A stretch of 64,000 bases of DNA from a virus (taxonomy: Duplodnaviria > Caudoviricetes), in the IMG/VR virus record IMGVR_UViG_2828164553_000001, positions 1-64,000 of that record, one strand, 5' to 3'. A program made the position numbers and the translations under genes. This document shows, piece by piece, positions 47,305 to 55,500 of this stretch. The notes under the pieces are model-generated. The model was given only the letters and a program-made list of their open reading frames with translations, made no database searches and was not told the DNA's origin. Numbering within the stretch: position 1 is the first letter of the stretch; the number at the start of each line of letters is the position of its first letter.

Positions 47305-47838
47305 ATGAAGATCGTCGGCATCTCCGGCAAGGCTGGCTCTGGCAAGGACACCCTCGCCGGTTTTCTTGTCGAGCATCAAGGCTTCGTCCGTATCGCGCTA
47401 GCCGAACCATTGCGCCGCTTTGTGTCGGACATCACCGGCCTGAGCATGGAGGACCTGACCGCAGGCCCCCTGAAAGAAGCACCGCTCGACTGGCTGGGTG
47501 GTACTTCCCCCCGCCGCCTCATGCAGACCATCGGCACCGAATGGGGTCGAGACATGATCGACGAGAGCCTTTGGCTCAAAGTCGCCGCCCGCCGCGTTGA
47601 GGAGGCCCGTGCTTTCGGTGCTGCTGGTGTCGTCATTCCTGACGTACGTTTCGAGAATGAAGCGATGCTGGTGCGAGAACTGGGCGGCAGCGTGGTCGTC
47701 GTGGATCGACCGGGCGTCGCCTCAGTCGCAGACCATGCAAGTGAACGCCCCCTGCCCTCCGGGCTGGTGGACCACACCGTGGTCAATAGCGGGACGCTGG
47801 CGCAGCTTCGAGCGGCTGCGCAGGAATTGGCGAATTAG
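47305..47838 (+). CDS. Deoxynucleoside monophosphate kinase
   Basis: GKAGSGKDT, PRRLMQTIGTEWGR, DVRFENE, HASE. Confidence 0.92.
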   Translation: MKIVGISGKAGSGKDTLAGFLVEHQGFVRIALAEPLRRFVSDITGLSMEDLTAGPLKEAPLDWLGGTSPRRLMQTIGTEWGRDMIDESLWLKVAARRVEEARAFGAAGVVIPDVRFENEAMLVRELGGSVVVVDRPGVASVADHASERPLPSGLVDHTVVNSGTLAQLRAAAQELAN

Positions 47839-47880
47839 TCGGGCCTCTAGAGGGAAAACCCACGGTTTTCCCCTTTCTAG
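47833..47880 (+). promoter_or_regulatory. Candidate late phage-RNAP promoter with a phi10-like 5' hairpin
   Basis: AATTAGTCGGGCCTCTA/GAGGGAAAACCCACGGTTTTCCC..TCTAGA at the start of the structural cluster. Confidence 0.7.
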
Positions 47881-47907
47881 ATCCACTCTAAGTTCACCTC
47901 AAGAATC

Positions 47908-48093
47908 ATGAACATTCCCCTGACCGCCGGTGAGCTGATCGACGAGCTGGCGCGCATCTACCCCGAGGTCATTTATGACCCTGATCAGGACCGAGAGGAG
48001 TTTCTCCTCAAGTCCGGTGAGCGTCGCCTGGTGCTTCGACTTCTGGTCGCTCGCGAGCAGGAACGCGAAGAGTCCCGAGGAGGCCACCACTAA
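47908..48093 (+). CDS. gp6.5-like hypothetical protein
   Basis: Position and size; LIDEL..YP. Confidence 0.6.
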   Translation: MNIPLTAGELIDELARIYPEVIYDPDQDREEFLLKSGERRLVLRLLVAREQEREESRGGHH

Positions 48094-48260
48094 TGTGCAG
48101 CTCCAAACCCAAGACTCCGAAGACGGAAACACCGGACATTCTGGTCACCGCACGTGATGGCTCCGGCCAGTCTCAATCAGCCCAGGCCAGAAAGAAGTCT
48201 GGTCTGCGCACCGACATGAACTCGCCGCTCTACCAAGGATTGACCATTCCGCGTGGCTGA
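48093..48260 (+). CDS. gp6.7-like small virion protein (not in ORF track)
   Basis: GAGGAGG RBS; MCSSKPKTPK...; immediately before the portal. Confidence 0.7.
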   Translation: MCSSKPKTPKTETPDILVTARDGSGQSQSAQARKKSGLRTDMNSPLYQGLTIPRG

Positions 48261-49824
48261 TGCCAGCAAAACCCTCGTATCCGCCAAGGAACGCTACGAC
48301 GAGCTGAAGCCCAACCGAAATAGTGCCGAGACCCGCGCTAAGGCGTGCACCAAGGTCACCATCCCATCACTGTTCGTTGATCCGAAGCAGAAGTCACAGA
48401 CTTTCACCGCTCCCGTACAGGGCACAGGCGCGCGCTGCGCTAACGCAATCGCCAACGCGCTTCTGCTGGCGGTCCTACCGCCCAACATCACTCCCTTCAC
48501 CCTGAAGCCCGACCTGTCCGAATCGGACAAGCTCATGCAGGAAGCAGGTATCCAGAAGGGCGAACTTGAGACGGCACTTTCGGAAATCGAACGTGCCGTC
48601 ATGGATGAAATCGAGGCCGGCGCCCAGCTGCGTTCTGTCCTGGCCGAGGGCTTCAAGCACTCCGCCGCGGCAGGAAACTGGCTGCTATACGTACCGGATC
48701 AAGGGCCAGGCAAGCTCTACCCACTGACCTCTTACGTCGCTGACCGCGACGGCCTGGGCAACGTGCTGGAGATTGTCACCCTCGACCTCATCGCAATCCA
48801 GATGCTTCCCCAAGAGGCACGAGACGCGATCCTGGCGAAGGTCTCCGAGTCCGAACGGCTGAAGAAGCTGGCAGAAGACACCGAGCTTTACACCCGCGTG
48901 TACCGCGACGAGAACAACGAGAACTGGCTGTGCTACCAAGAGGTCGAAGGGGTAATCATCTCCGGGACCGAGGGCAGCTATCCAATCGATGCTCCGCCGT
49001 GGATTCCCGTTTCGATCCCTCGACCCACCAGCGAGGACTATGGCCGCGGCCTAATCGAGGATTACCGAGGCGAGTTCGAGACTCTTGAGGCGCTCCGGAA
49101 GGCGCTCCGAAAAGGTGCTGCAGCTGCCGCGAAGATTCTTTGGCTGCTGAAGCCAACCTCGGCGATGAAGCCCGATCAGTTGACCAAGGCTGAGTCGGGG
49201 GCCTTCATTCGCGGCGACAAGAACGACATTTCCTCCCTGACACTGGACAAGTTCCAGGACCTCTCGTTCGTAAAGAGCGAAGCCGACACCACCGCCCGTA
49301 ATCTGGAGCTGGTCTTCGGCGTCGGCACTGCGATTCAGCGCAGCGGCGACCGAGTCACCCGAGAGGAAATCCAGTATCTCGCCCGTGTGCTTGAAGACAA
49401 CCGCGCCGGCCTTTATTCCGTGCTCGGCCCCGAGCTGATGGTTCCACTCATCCGCCGCATCCTTTTCCGTCTGCAACAGAACGGGGCAATCCCGGAGCTG
49501 CCGGAAGGTCTCATCAAACCCCGCATCACGGTAGGCGTCGCAGCTCTGGGCCGCGGCCATGACTTCGAGAAGCTTGTGCGCTTTGGCGAGACCGCTAAGG
49601 GCGTCATGGGCGAGCAAGAAGCCAGCCGCCGCATCGATTGGGGCGAGTGGCTGTCCCGACTAGGCGCCGCATCCGACATCACCACGAAGGGCCTGGTGCT
49701 TGACCCTGAAGCGGTCCAGCAGAACGACCAGGCCTCCGCAATGAACGAGGCTGCTGTCCGCGCCGCACCGAACATGGTGAACGCAGCGATGGCGGGCAGC
49801 CTCACGAATCAGGTACCGCAATGA
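48253..49824 (+). CDS. Portal/head-tail connector (gp8-like)
   Basis: EDYGRGLIEDY.G, DRVTREEI, ALGRGHD. Confidence 0.96.
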   Translation: MADASKTLVSAKERYDELKPNRNSAETRAKACTKVTIPSLFVDPKQKSQTFTAPVQGTGARCANAIANALLLAVLPPNITPFTLKPDLSESDKLMQEAGIQKGELETALSEIERAVMDEIEAGAQLRSVLAEGFKHSAAAGNWLLYVPDQGPGKLYPLTSYVADRDGLGNVLEIVTLDLIAIQMLPQEARDAILAKVSESERLKKLAEDTELYTRVYRDENNENWLCYQEVEGVIISGTEGSYPIDAPPWIPVSIPRPTSEDYGRGLIEDYRGEFETLEALRKALRKGAAAAAKILWLLKPTSAMKPDQLTKAESGAFIRGDKNDISSLTLDKFQDLSFVKSEADTTARNLELVFGVGTAIQRSGDRVTREEIQYLARVLEDNRAGLYSVLGPELMVPLIRRILFRLQQNGAIPELPEGLIKPRITVGVAALGRGHDFEKLVRFGETAKGVMGEQEASRRIDWGEWLSRLGAASDITTKGLVLDPEAVQQNDQASAMNEAAVRAAPNMVNAAMAGSLTNQVPQ

Positions 49825-49973
49825 CCGAACAGAAGACCCCCGCAGCCGAGAAGCAGAAGACGGCGACTGCCCCCGCGAAGACGTACCCGAACGTGACCCA
49901 GAAGGGCAACGTGACGGTCACCGAATACGCTGACGGCACAACCCACTACAACGCATTGGGAACGACCAAGTGA
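49821..49973 (+). CDS. 50-aa hypothetical protein (not in ORF track)
   Basis: ATGA and GTGA overlaps with portal and scaffold. Confidence 0.55.
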   Translation: MTEQKTPAAEKQKTATAPAKTYPNVTQKGNVTVTEYADGTTHYNALGTTK

Positions 49974-50716
49974 CCGAACAGGCCACCGAGACCCAGCCGG
50001 CCCCGGTCGCCGCCGAGGGCACCGAAGGTCAGCAGACCGAACGCCTGTATGGCGGCAAGTACAAAACGGTCGAAGAGCTGGAGGCTGCCTATGCGGCTGC
50101 CGCAACTCCGGCTGACCCCGCCGGCAACGTCGGCCTGAAGGCCACGAAAGAAGCCGCGACGGTGGGAGGCGAAGGCACGGATGGCGATGCCCACGAAGCC
50201 AATACAGCCGACGCCTTAAAGGCCGCTGGCCTCGACCAGACCGTGTTCACTCAGGAGTTTGCCGAGACCGGCACCATCTCCGAAGAGAGCTTCAAGTCGC
50301 TGGAAAAGGCTGGTTTTCCGAAAGAGCTGGTGGGCGTGTATCTGGATGGCCTCAAGGCCCGCCAGTCCACTTACGAGGCTGGAATCTTCGCCCCGGCAGG
50401 CGGCAAAGATGGCTACGCGAAGCTCCTGGAGTGGGCCGGCAAGAACCTGGAGGACGCCGCCATCGACGCCTTCAATGCCGCTGTTACCTCCGGCGACGCC
50501 GCACGTGCCAAGTTGGCTGTCGCTGGCCTGGCCGCGCAAGCGAAGACCTCCGCTCCGGCTGTTCTGATTAACGGCAAGGCCTCCCCTGCCCCAGGCGTGC
50601 AGCCGTATGCCTCGCGCGCAGAGGTACAGGAAGCGATCCGCAATCCGAAGTATCGCTCCGACCCTGCATACCGCGAGCGACACATGGCGCGCCTGCGCGC
50701 CTCCGACGTGTACTGA
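49970..50716 (+). CDS. Capsid scaffolding protein (gp9-like)
   Basis: GKYKTVEELE.AY, AGG..GY...WA, PKY..DPAYR. Confidence 0.92.
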   Translation: MTEQATETQPAPVAAEGTEGQQTERLYGGKYKTVEELEAAYAAAATPADPAGNVGLKATKEAATVGGEGTDGDAHEANTADALKAAGLDQTVFTQEFAETGTISEESFKSLEKAGFPKELVGVYLDGLKARQSTYEAGIFAPAGGKDGYAKLLEWAGKNLEDAAIDAFNAAVTSGDAARAKLAVAGLAAQAKTSAPAVLINGKASPAPGVQPYASRAEVQEAIRNPKYRSDPAYRERHMARLRASDVY

Positions 50717-50792
50717 GTCAACCCTCTCTCAATCAATCAATCCAGCCTCGCCTGTTCCCAGGTGAAGCGTACCCGCACCCCAAGGAAACAAA

Positions 50793-51743
50793 ATGGCAGA
50801 TTCCAATCCCAGCCGCATCGGTCAGATCAACAAGCAGGGCGATGCCTGGGCGCTGTTCATGCAGAATTACATGGCCGAGGTCGATACCTCGTTCATCGAG
50901 AACTACAAGCTGGAAGGCCGCGTCATGACGCGCACGATTTCTTCCGGCAAGTCTGCATCGTTCCCGGCAATCGGCAAAGTCGGCTCGCGTTACCACATCC
51001 CCGGTACCGACATCCTGGGCCAGACCGTGGACCACAACGAGCGCATTCTGACGCTCGACCCGATGCTTATTTCGGATGTTTTCATTGCGAACATCGACGA
51101 GGCGATGAACCACTTCGACGTGCGTGGCGAGTACACCCGCCTGCAGGGCGCCGAGCTGGCTCTGCAACGCATGAAGAACGAACTGCGTTGCGCCATCCGT
51201 GCAGCCCGCATCACTGAGTCGGTGGTGGACGGTCAGCCGGGCGGCCTGCGCATCGTGAATGCCGCGATGCTGACCGACCCGGTTGTGATCGCCAAGGCGT
51301 TCCGCGCCGCGCGCCAGAACTTCGACGAAAAGGGCATCTCGGAGAATCCGCAGGAGTTCACGGGCGCCCTGCGTCCGGCTCAGTATTACCTGCTGACCGA
51401 GAACAAGGACTTGATCGACCGCGACATCAACACCGAGTCGAAGGGCAGCTACAACGAAGCTGTCATCTCGTCCATCGCCCGCATCCCGCTGCTGAAGGTC
51501 AACGCCCTGCCGGGCACCGACGAGTCGGCCGATGCGACCCTGCAGGCCAAGTACCGCGGTGACTATAGCGGCACGGCCGGCGTCATCTTCCATCGCTCTG
51601 CGGTTGGCACCCTGCAGCTGCTGGGCCTGTCCGTCGAGGACGTGTACCAGGGCAACAAGCAGGGCACCCTGATGCTGTCCAAGTACGCGCTGGGCCACGG
51701 CGAGCTGCGCGGTGACGGTGCGGTCGAGCTGGGCAGCAAGTAA
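50793..51743 (+). CDS. Major capsid protein (gp10-like)
   Basis: RTISSGKSASFP.IG, KYALGHG.LR. Confidence 0.97.
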   Translation: MADSNPSRIGQINKQGDAWALFMQNYMAEVDTSFIENYKLEGRVMTRTISSGKSASFPAIGKVGSRYHIPGTDILGQTVDHNERILTLDPMLISDVFIANIDEAMNHFDVRGEYTRLQGAELALQRMKNELRCAIRAARITESVVDGQPGGLRIVNAAMLTDPVVIAKAFRAARQNFDEKGISENPQEFTGALRPAQYYLLTENKDLIDRDINTESKGSYNEAVISSIARIPLLKVNALPGTDESADATLQAKYRGDYSGTAGVIFHRSAVGTLQLLGLSVEDVYQGNKQGTLMLSKYALGHGELRGDGAVELGSK

Positions 51744-51816
51744 GCAACACCCGCACCTCTCCAAGCGTAGCCGTCCCTAGCGGAAGCCGACCACGGAGAG
51801 GTGCGGTTCTCTCCCG

Positions 51817-51853
51817 ACCGGAGGTCTCTTAACGGGGACCTCCGGTTTTTTTT
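51817..51853 (+). terminator. T-phi-like terminator after the capsid gene
   Basis: ACCGGAGGTC/GACCTCCGGT stem plus T-run. Confidence 0.9.
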
Positions 51854-51874
51854 CGGCCACTTTAAGAGAACCGC

Positions 51875-52468
51875 ATGGACCTGACTCCGACCACTGAGCT
51901 TGAGGCCGTCAACGAGATGCTCGCCGTGATCGGCGAACAGCCCGTAAGCGCCCTGGAAGCGGTCGGCAACACCGACGTTGCCATTGCCATTCGCACCCTT
52001 CGCGGTGTATCGCGCGAGGTGCAGACCGCCACCTGGTGGTTCAACACCGACGAGAGCTACACGTTTGTCCTTAACGCAGAGAACCGTGCCCCGCTCCCCA
52101 AACTCATTCTGAGCATTCGGCCCTTGGGCCGGGGCTCCTCCCGGATCACCCACCGCAACGGCTTCCTCTACGACCTGACCAACGCCACCGACGTGTTCGC
52201 CGAAGACGTGGCACCGTCAGCCAAGGTGGTCTGGTTCGTGGACTTCGAGCTGCTACCAGAGACTGTCCGCCGCTACATCGCCATTCGTGCAGCCCGCATC
52301 TTCCAAAAGAACGTGCTGGGCAGCGAGTCACTCAACGGTTTCACCGAGGACCACGAAGGCGCCGCGCTGGCGCTGCTGATCGACGAGTCCCATGACTTTG
52401 AGTTCGCTGCCGGCGCCAACTTTCTCAACGACGATCCCGACACTTCCGCCATCGCGAACCGCACTTGA
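51875..52468 (+). CDS. Tail tubular protein A (gp11-like)
   Basis: TELEAVNEML..IGE.PV, WWFN, YI..RAAR.F. Confidence 0.95.
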   Translation: MDLTPTTELEAVNEMLAVIGEQPVSALEAVGNTDVAIAIRTLRGVSREVQTATWWFNTDESYTFVLNAENRAPLPKLILSIRPLGRGSSRITHRNGFLYDLTNATDVFAEDVAPSAKVVWFVDFELLPETVRRYIAIRAARIFQKNVLGSESLNGFTEDHEGAALALLIDESHDFEFAAGANFLNDDPDTSAIANRT

Positions 52469-54585
52469 GTCTGGAAACTGGCAGCTATCCGTCCTTCTTG
52501 GGCGGTGTCTCACAGCAGGACGCATCCGTCCGCAACGCAACGCAAGTCACCGACGCTCACAACACCTGGCTGCATTCTGCCATGGGCACTGGCAAGCGCC
52601 CCGCGGCGCAGTTCGTCAAAGTGCTGGGCAACGATATCGCGCCACACGCGCACTTTCATTCCATCGTCCGCGATTCCGTCGAGCACTATCTGGTGGTTGT
52701 CGAGAGCGGCAAGGTACGCGTGTTCAACCACGAGAATGGCTACGAGTACGACGTACTGATGGCCGAAGGCTCGGCCGCGTACCTGGCAACCGACAAGCAG
52801 CCTTGGTCAGTGTTCCGCACCTGCACACAGTCGGACACCACGTTCATGGTGAACACTCAGGTGACGACCAAGATGAGCACCGAAAAAGCGCCTGGTCGCA
52901 TTACCGGATCGGTGCAGACCTTCACTGATCTGCCGAAGCCCGACAAGAACGTAGCGGTGCCTTCCGGTGCCATCTACGAAGTGCTCGGTGCCAGCGGAAA
53001 CAAGTACGACAATTTCGTGGTCCAACGCGCCGGCAAGGGCGTATGGCAGGAGATTGCCCGGCCTGGTGCTTACAACACCTTCGACAAGACCACGATGCCG
53101 CATCTACTGAAGCGCGTGGTTGATCCGATTCACGGCGACGGCCTGTTCTTCAGCTTCGGCCCCATGGACTGGGATAAGCGCCTCGCTGGCGACGACACCA
53201 CCATTGGTCCGCCCAGCTTCATCGACGAGAAGATCCGCGACGTGTTCTTTCATCGCGGCCGCCTTGGCCTGATGTCCACCGAGAACACCTGCCTCTCCGA
53301 AATCGACCATCCTTTCAACTTCTGGCGCACTACGACACAGCAGCTTCTCGACTCCGACGTGATCGACTTCGCGGTCCAATCACGAGGCGTCGCTCAGCTG
53401 CAGTTTGGCGTCCCGTTCCAGTCGTCGCTCCTGATGTTCGGCGACCGTGCCAACTTCCAGATGACCGCAGATCCAATGCTGACTCCGAAGACCCCAAAGG
53501 TGGACGAGTTGGTCAACTACGAGTGCTCCCTCTACGTCCGCCCGGTTCTGTTGGGCGACACCTTGTACTTCGCGTCCGACTCAGGGGCCTTCTCCGTCCT
53601 CCGCGAATACTTCGTTGACGACGTGTCGATTACCGGCGACGCCGCTGACGTGACCGCGCATGTGCCTCGACTGATCCCCGGCAAGCTCCGCGCGATGACT
53701 GCCGTTCCGGGAGCAGACGCGTTGGTGGTGGCCCCAGTCGATTCCCCTTCGCAGCTTTACACGTACTTCGTCCGGTGGGCCGGCAACGAGAAGTCGCAAT
53801 CCTCCTGGACACGGTGGGACCTCTCCGGCATCGGCCGCGTGGTCCACCTGCACTCCACATCCGACGACCTGTACGTCACTGCCGAATCTCCGGCAGGCGG
53901 CGTTGAGTTGCTGAAGCTGAGCCTCTCGTTGGTTGCAGCGGAGGGTGACTTCACCAAGGACTACGCGTTCCTACTGGACCGCCTGGTAGTGGTTCAGCCG
54001 AACTATTACGCGTTCGGCAATTACACCGACATCAACCTCCCCTACACGCTCGCCCGCTTGGACGGCCTGGTCATCGGCAAGACCGACGACTGGGCGTCTC
54101 CCGGCGAGCTGTTGGACCTGACGGACGCAACGCTCATCAACGGCGGCATGGGCATCCGCTTCCAAGGCAACTTGGCAGCTGGGCGCCTGGCAGTGGGTGT
54201 GAGCTATGACTCTTCAGTCGAGCTAACCCGCGCCTACCTCCGCGACCAGCGGAACAACTCGATCCTCGTTGGCCGCCTCCAGGTTCGTGACATCACTGTC
54301 GCGTACAAGGATGCCGCCTACTTCGAGGTAGAGGTCATTACCCGCGGCCGCGAGAGCGACCCGCAGGCGTACCTTGCATCCCACGCAGGACTGTTCACGT
54401 CCCGCACGCTGGGCGACGAAGTGTTCCGCCTGGGCAGCCCCAATTTCCACTCCGGCGAGCGCCGATTTCCCGTGCAAGCCCGCGCCGACAACTGCCGGAT
54501 CGTCATCCGCAATCGCCTGCCGTTCCAGTGCTGGTTCCAGTCTGCGCAGTACCGCGCGCTCTTCTCTTCAAGGAGTTCCGTTTGA
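52465..54585 (+). CDS. Tail tubular protein B/nozzle (gp12-like)
   Basis: GGVSQQ, R.AGDD, PSF, DVTAHVP, QSSW. Confidence 0.95.
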   Translation: MSLETGSYPSFLGGVSQQDASVRNATQVTDAHNTWLHSAMGTGKRPAAQFVKVLGNDIAPHAHFHSIVRDSVEHYLVVVESGKVRVFNHENGYEYDVLMAEGSAAYLATDKQPWSVFRTCTQSDTTFMVNTQVTTKMSTEKAPGRITGSVQTFTDLPKPDKNVAVPSGAIYEVLGASGNKYDNFVVQRAGKGVWQEIARPGAYNTFDKTTMPHLLKRVVDPIHGDGLFFSFGPMDWDKRLAGDDTTIGPPSFIDEKIRDVFFHRGRLGLMSTENTCLSEIDHPFNFWRTTTQQLLDSDVIDFAVQSRGVAQLQFGVPFQSSLLMFGDRANFQMTADPMLTPKTPKVDELVNYECSLYVRPVLLGDTLYFASDSGAFSVLREYFVDDVSITGDAADVTAHVPRLIPGKLRAMTAVPGADALVVAPVDSPSQLYTYFVRWAGNEKSQSSWTRWDLSGIGRVVHLHSTSDDLYVTAESPAGGVELLKLSLSLVAAEGDFTKDYAFLLDRLVVVQPNYYAFGNYTDINLPYTLARLDGLVIGKTDDWASPGELLDLTDATLINGGMGIRFQGNLAAGRLAVGVSYDSSVELTRAYLRDQRNNSILVGRLQVRDITVAYKDAAYFEVEVITRGRESDPQAYLASHAGLFTSRTLGDEVFRLGSPNFHSGERRFPVQARADNCRIVIRNRLPFQCWFQSAQYRALFSSRSSV

Positions 54586-55043
54586 CCGTTCTCGAATATC
54601 GTCCGCCCAGCTCGGGGGACATCCTGAGCGTGGCCGCGCGTATGCGGGACGCCGACGTTTTGGAAGTCGCTGCTGCATGCGGCGACTCGCCTCTCGAAGC
54701 TCTCCTGAAGTCCTGCAACGACGCCGATGCGGTGTTCTGCATCGTCCTTGACGGGCACCCCGAGGGCATCTTCGGGGTCTCCTACGCGGGCGGCCTGGGA
54801 GCAACCGTATGGCTCTTGGGAACCGATGCCCTGGCAAACATCCCGCGTTTGATGGTGACCGAGACACGCCGCATCACCGATGATTGGCGCGACAGATTCG
54901 CCGTCCTGCACAACTTCGTGGACGACAGCAACGAGGTATCGAAGCGATGGCTGGCCGCCGTCGGTTTCAGTTTCTCGGAGCCAGTCCCCTATGGCCCCTC
55001 GCAGGTGCCGTTCCGCTATTTCTACAAGATCGGCCATGTGTGA
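54582..55043 (+). CDS. gp13-like (GNAT-fold) protein
   Basis: MRDADVLE, VWLLGT, NFVD..N....WL...GF. Confidence 0.8.
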   Translation: MTVLEYRPPSSGDILSVAARMRDADVLEVAAACGDSPLEALLKSCNDADAVFCIVLDGHPEGIFGVSYAGGLGATVWLLGTDALANIPRLMVTETRRITDDWRDRFAVLHNFVDDSNEVSKRWLAAVGFSFSEPVPYGPSQVPFRYFYKIGHV

Positions 55044-55500
55044 CGGCGGTGTTTTCTCCGTGCCGATCGCCATGGCAGTCATCGGAGCTGGCACCGCCGT
55101 ATACCAGGGCAAGCAACAAGCCAAAGCCATCGGCGAGCAGATGCAAGCCGAGCAGAACCAGATCGACGCGAAGGCGCAGGTGGACACGCTGCAACGCATG
55201 GCTGAAGCACGGTCCCTCCGTGCAACGGCGCGCGCATCGGCCGCAGAAGCAGCCATCGGTGGCAACTCCCTGCAGGCAATCGACAACGACATCATGGCCC
55301 AGGCAGGCCGCGACGTGGCGATGATCGAGGGCAACCGTGAGCGCGGCGTCGCCGCATCTTCCGCAGATGCCGCAGCTCGTACGCGAGTCGCCAACGCCGA
55401 GATGGTCGGCGGCGTAATCAATACAGCCGCGAGCGGCGCCACCAGCGCCTACAGCACCTATCAGATCAAGAAGCGAGGCGACACCAATGGCAAGGGTTAA
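55036..55500 (+). CDS. Internal virion protein gp14-like
   Basis: MC start, hydrophobic N-terminus, A.AAE..IGGNS. Confidence 0.8.
   Translation: MCDGGVFSVPIAMAVIGAGTAVYQGKQQAKAIGEQMQAEQNQIDAKAQVDTLQRMAEARSLRATARASAAEAAIGGNSLQAIDNDIMAQAGRDVAMIEGNRERGVAASSADAAARTRVANAEMVGGVINTAASGATSAYSTYQIKKRGDTNGKG

Noticed and set aside
50712-50730. Third phage promoter upstream of the capsid gene (ACTGAGTCAACCCTCTC)
   Set aside because: Only 11 of 17 match, the GGG core is lost and there is no G at +1.
51690-51790. T7 10B-type capsid frameshift or a ribozyme after the capsid gene
   Set aside because: No slippery site, and no hammerhead or pistol core recognised.
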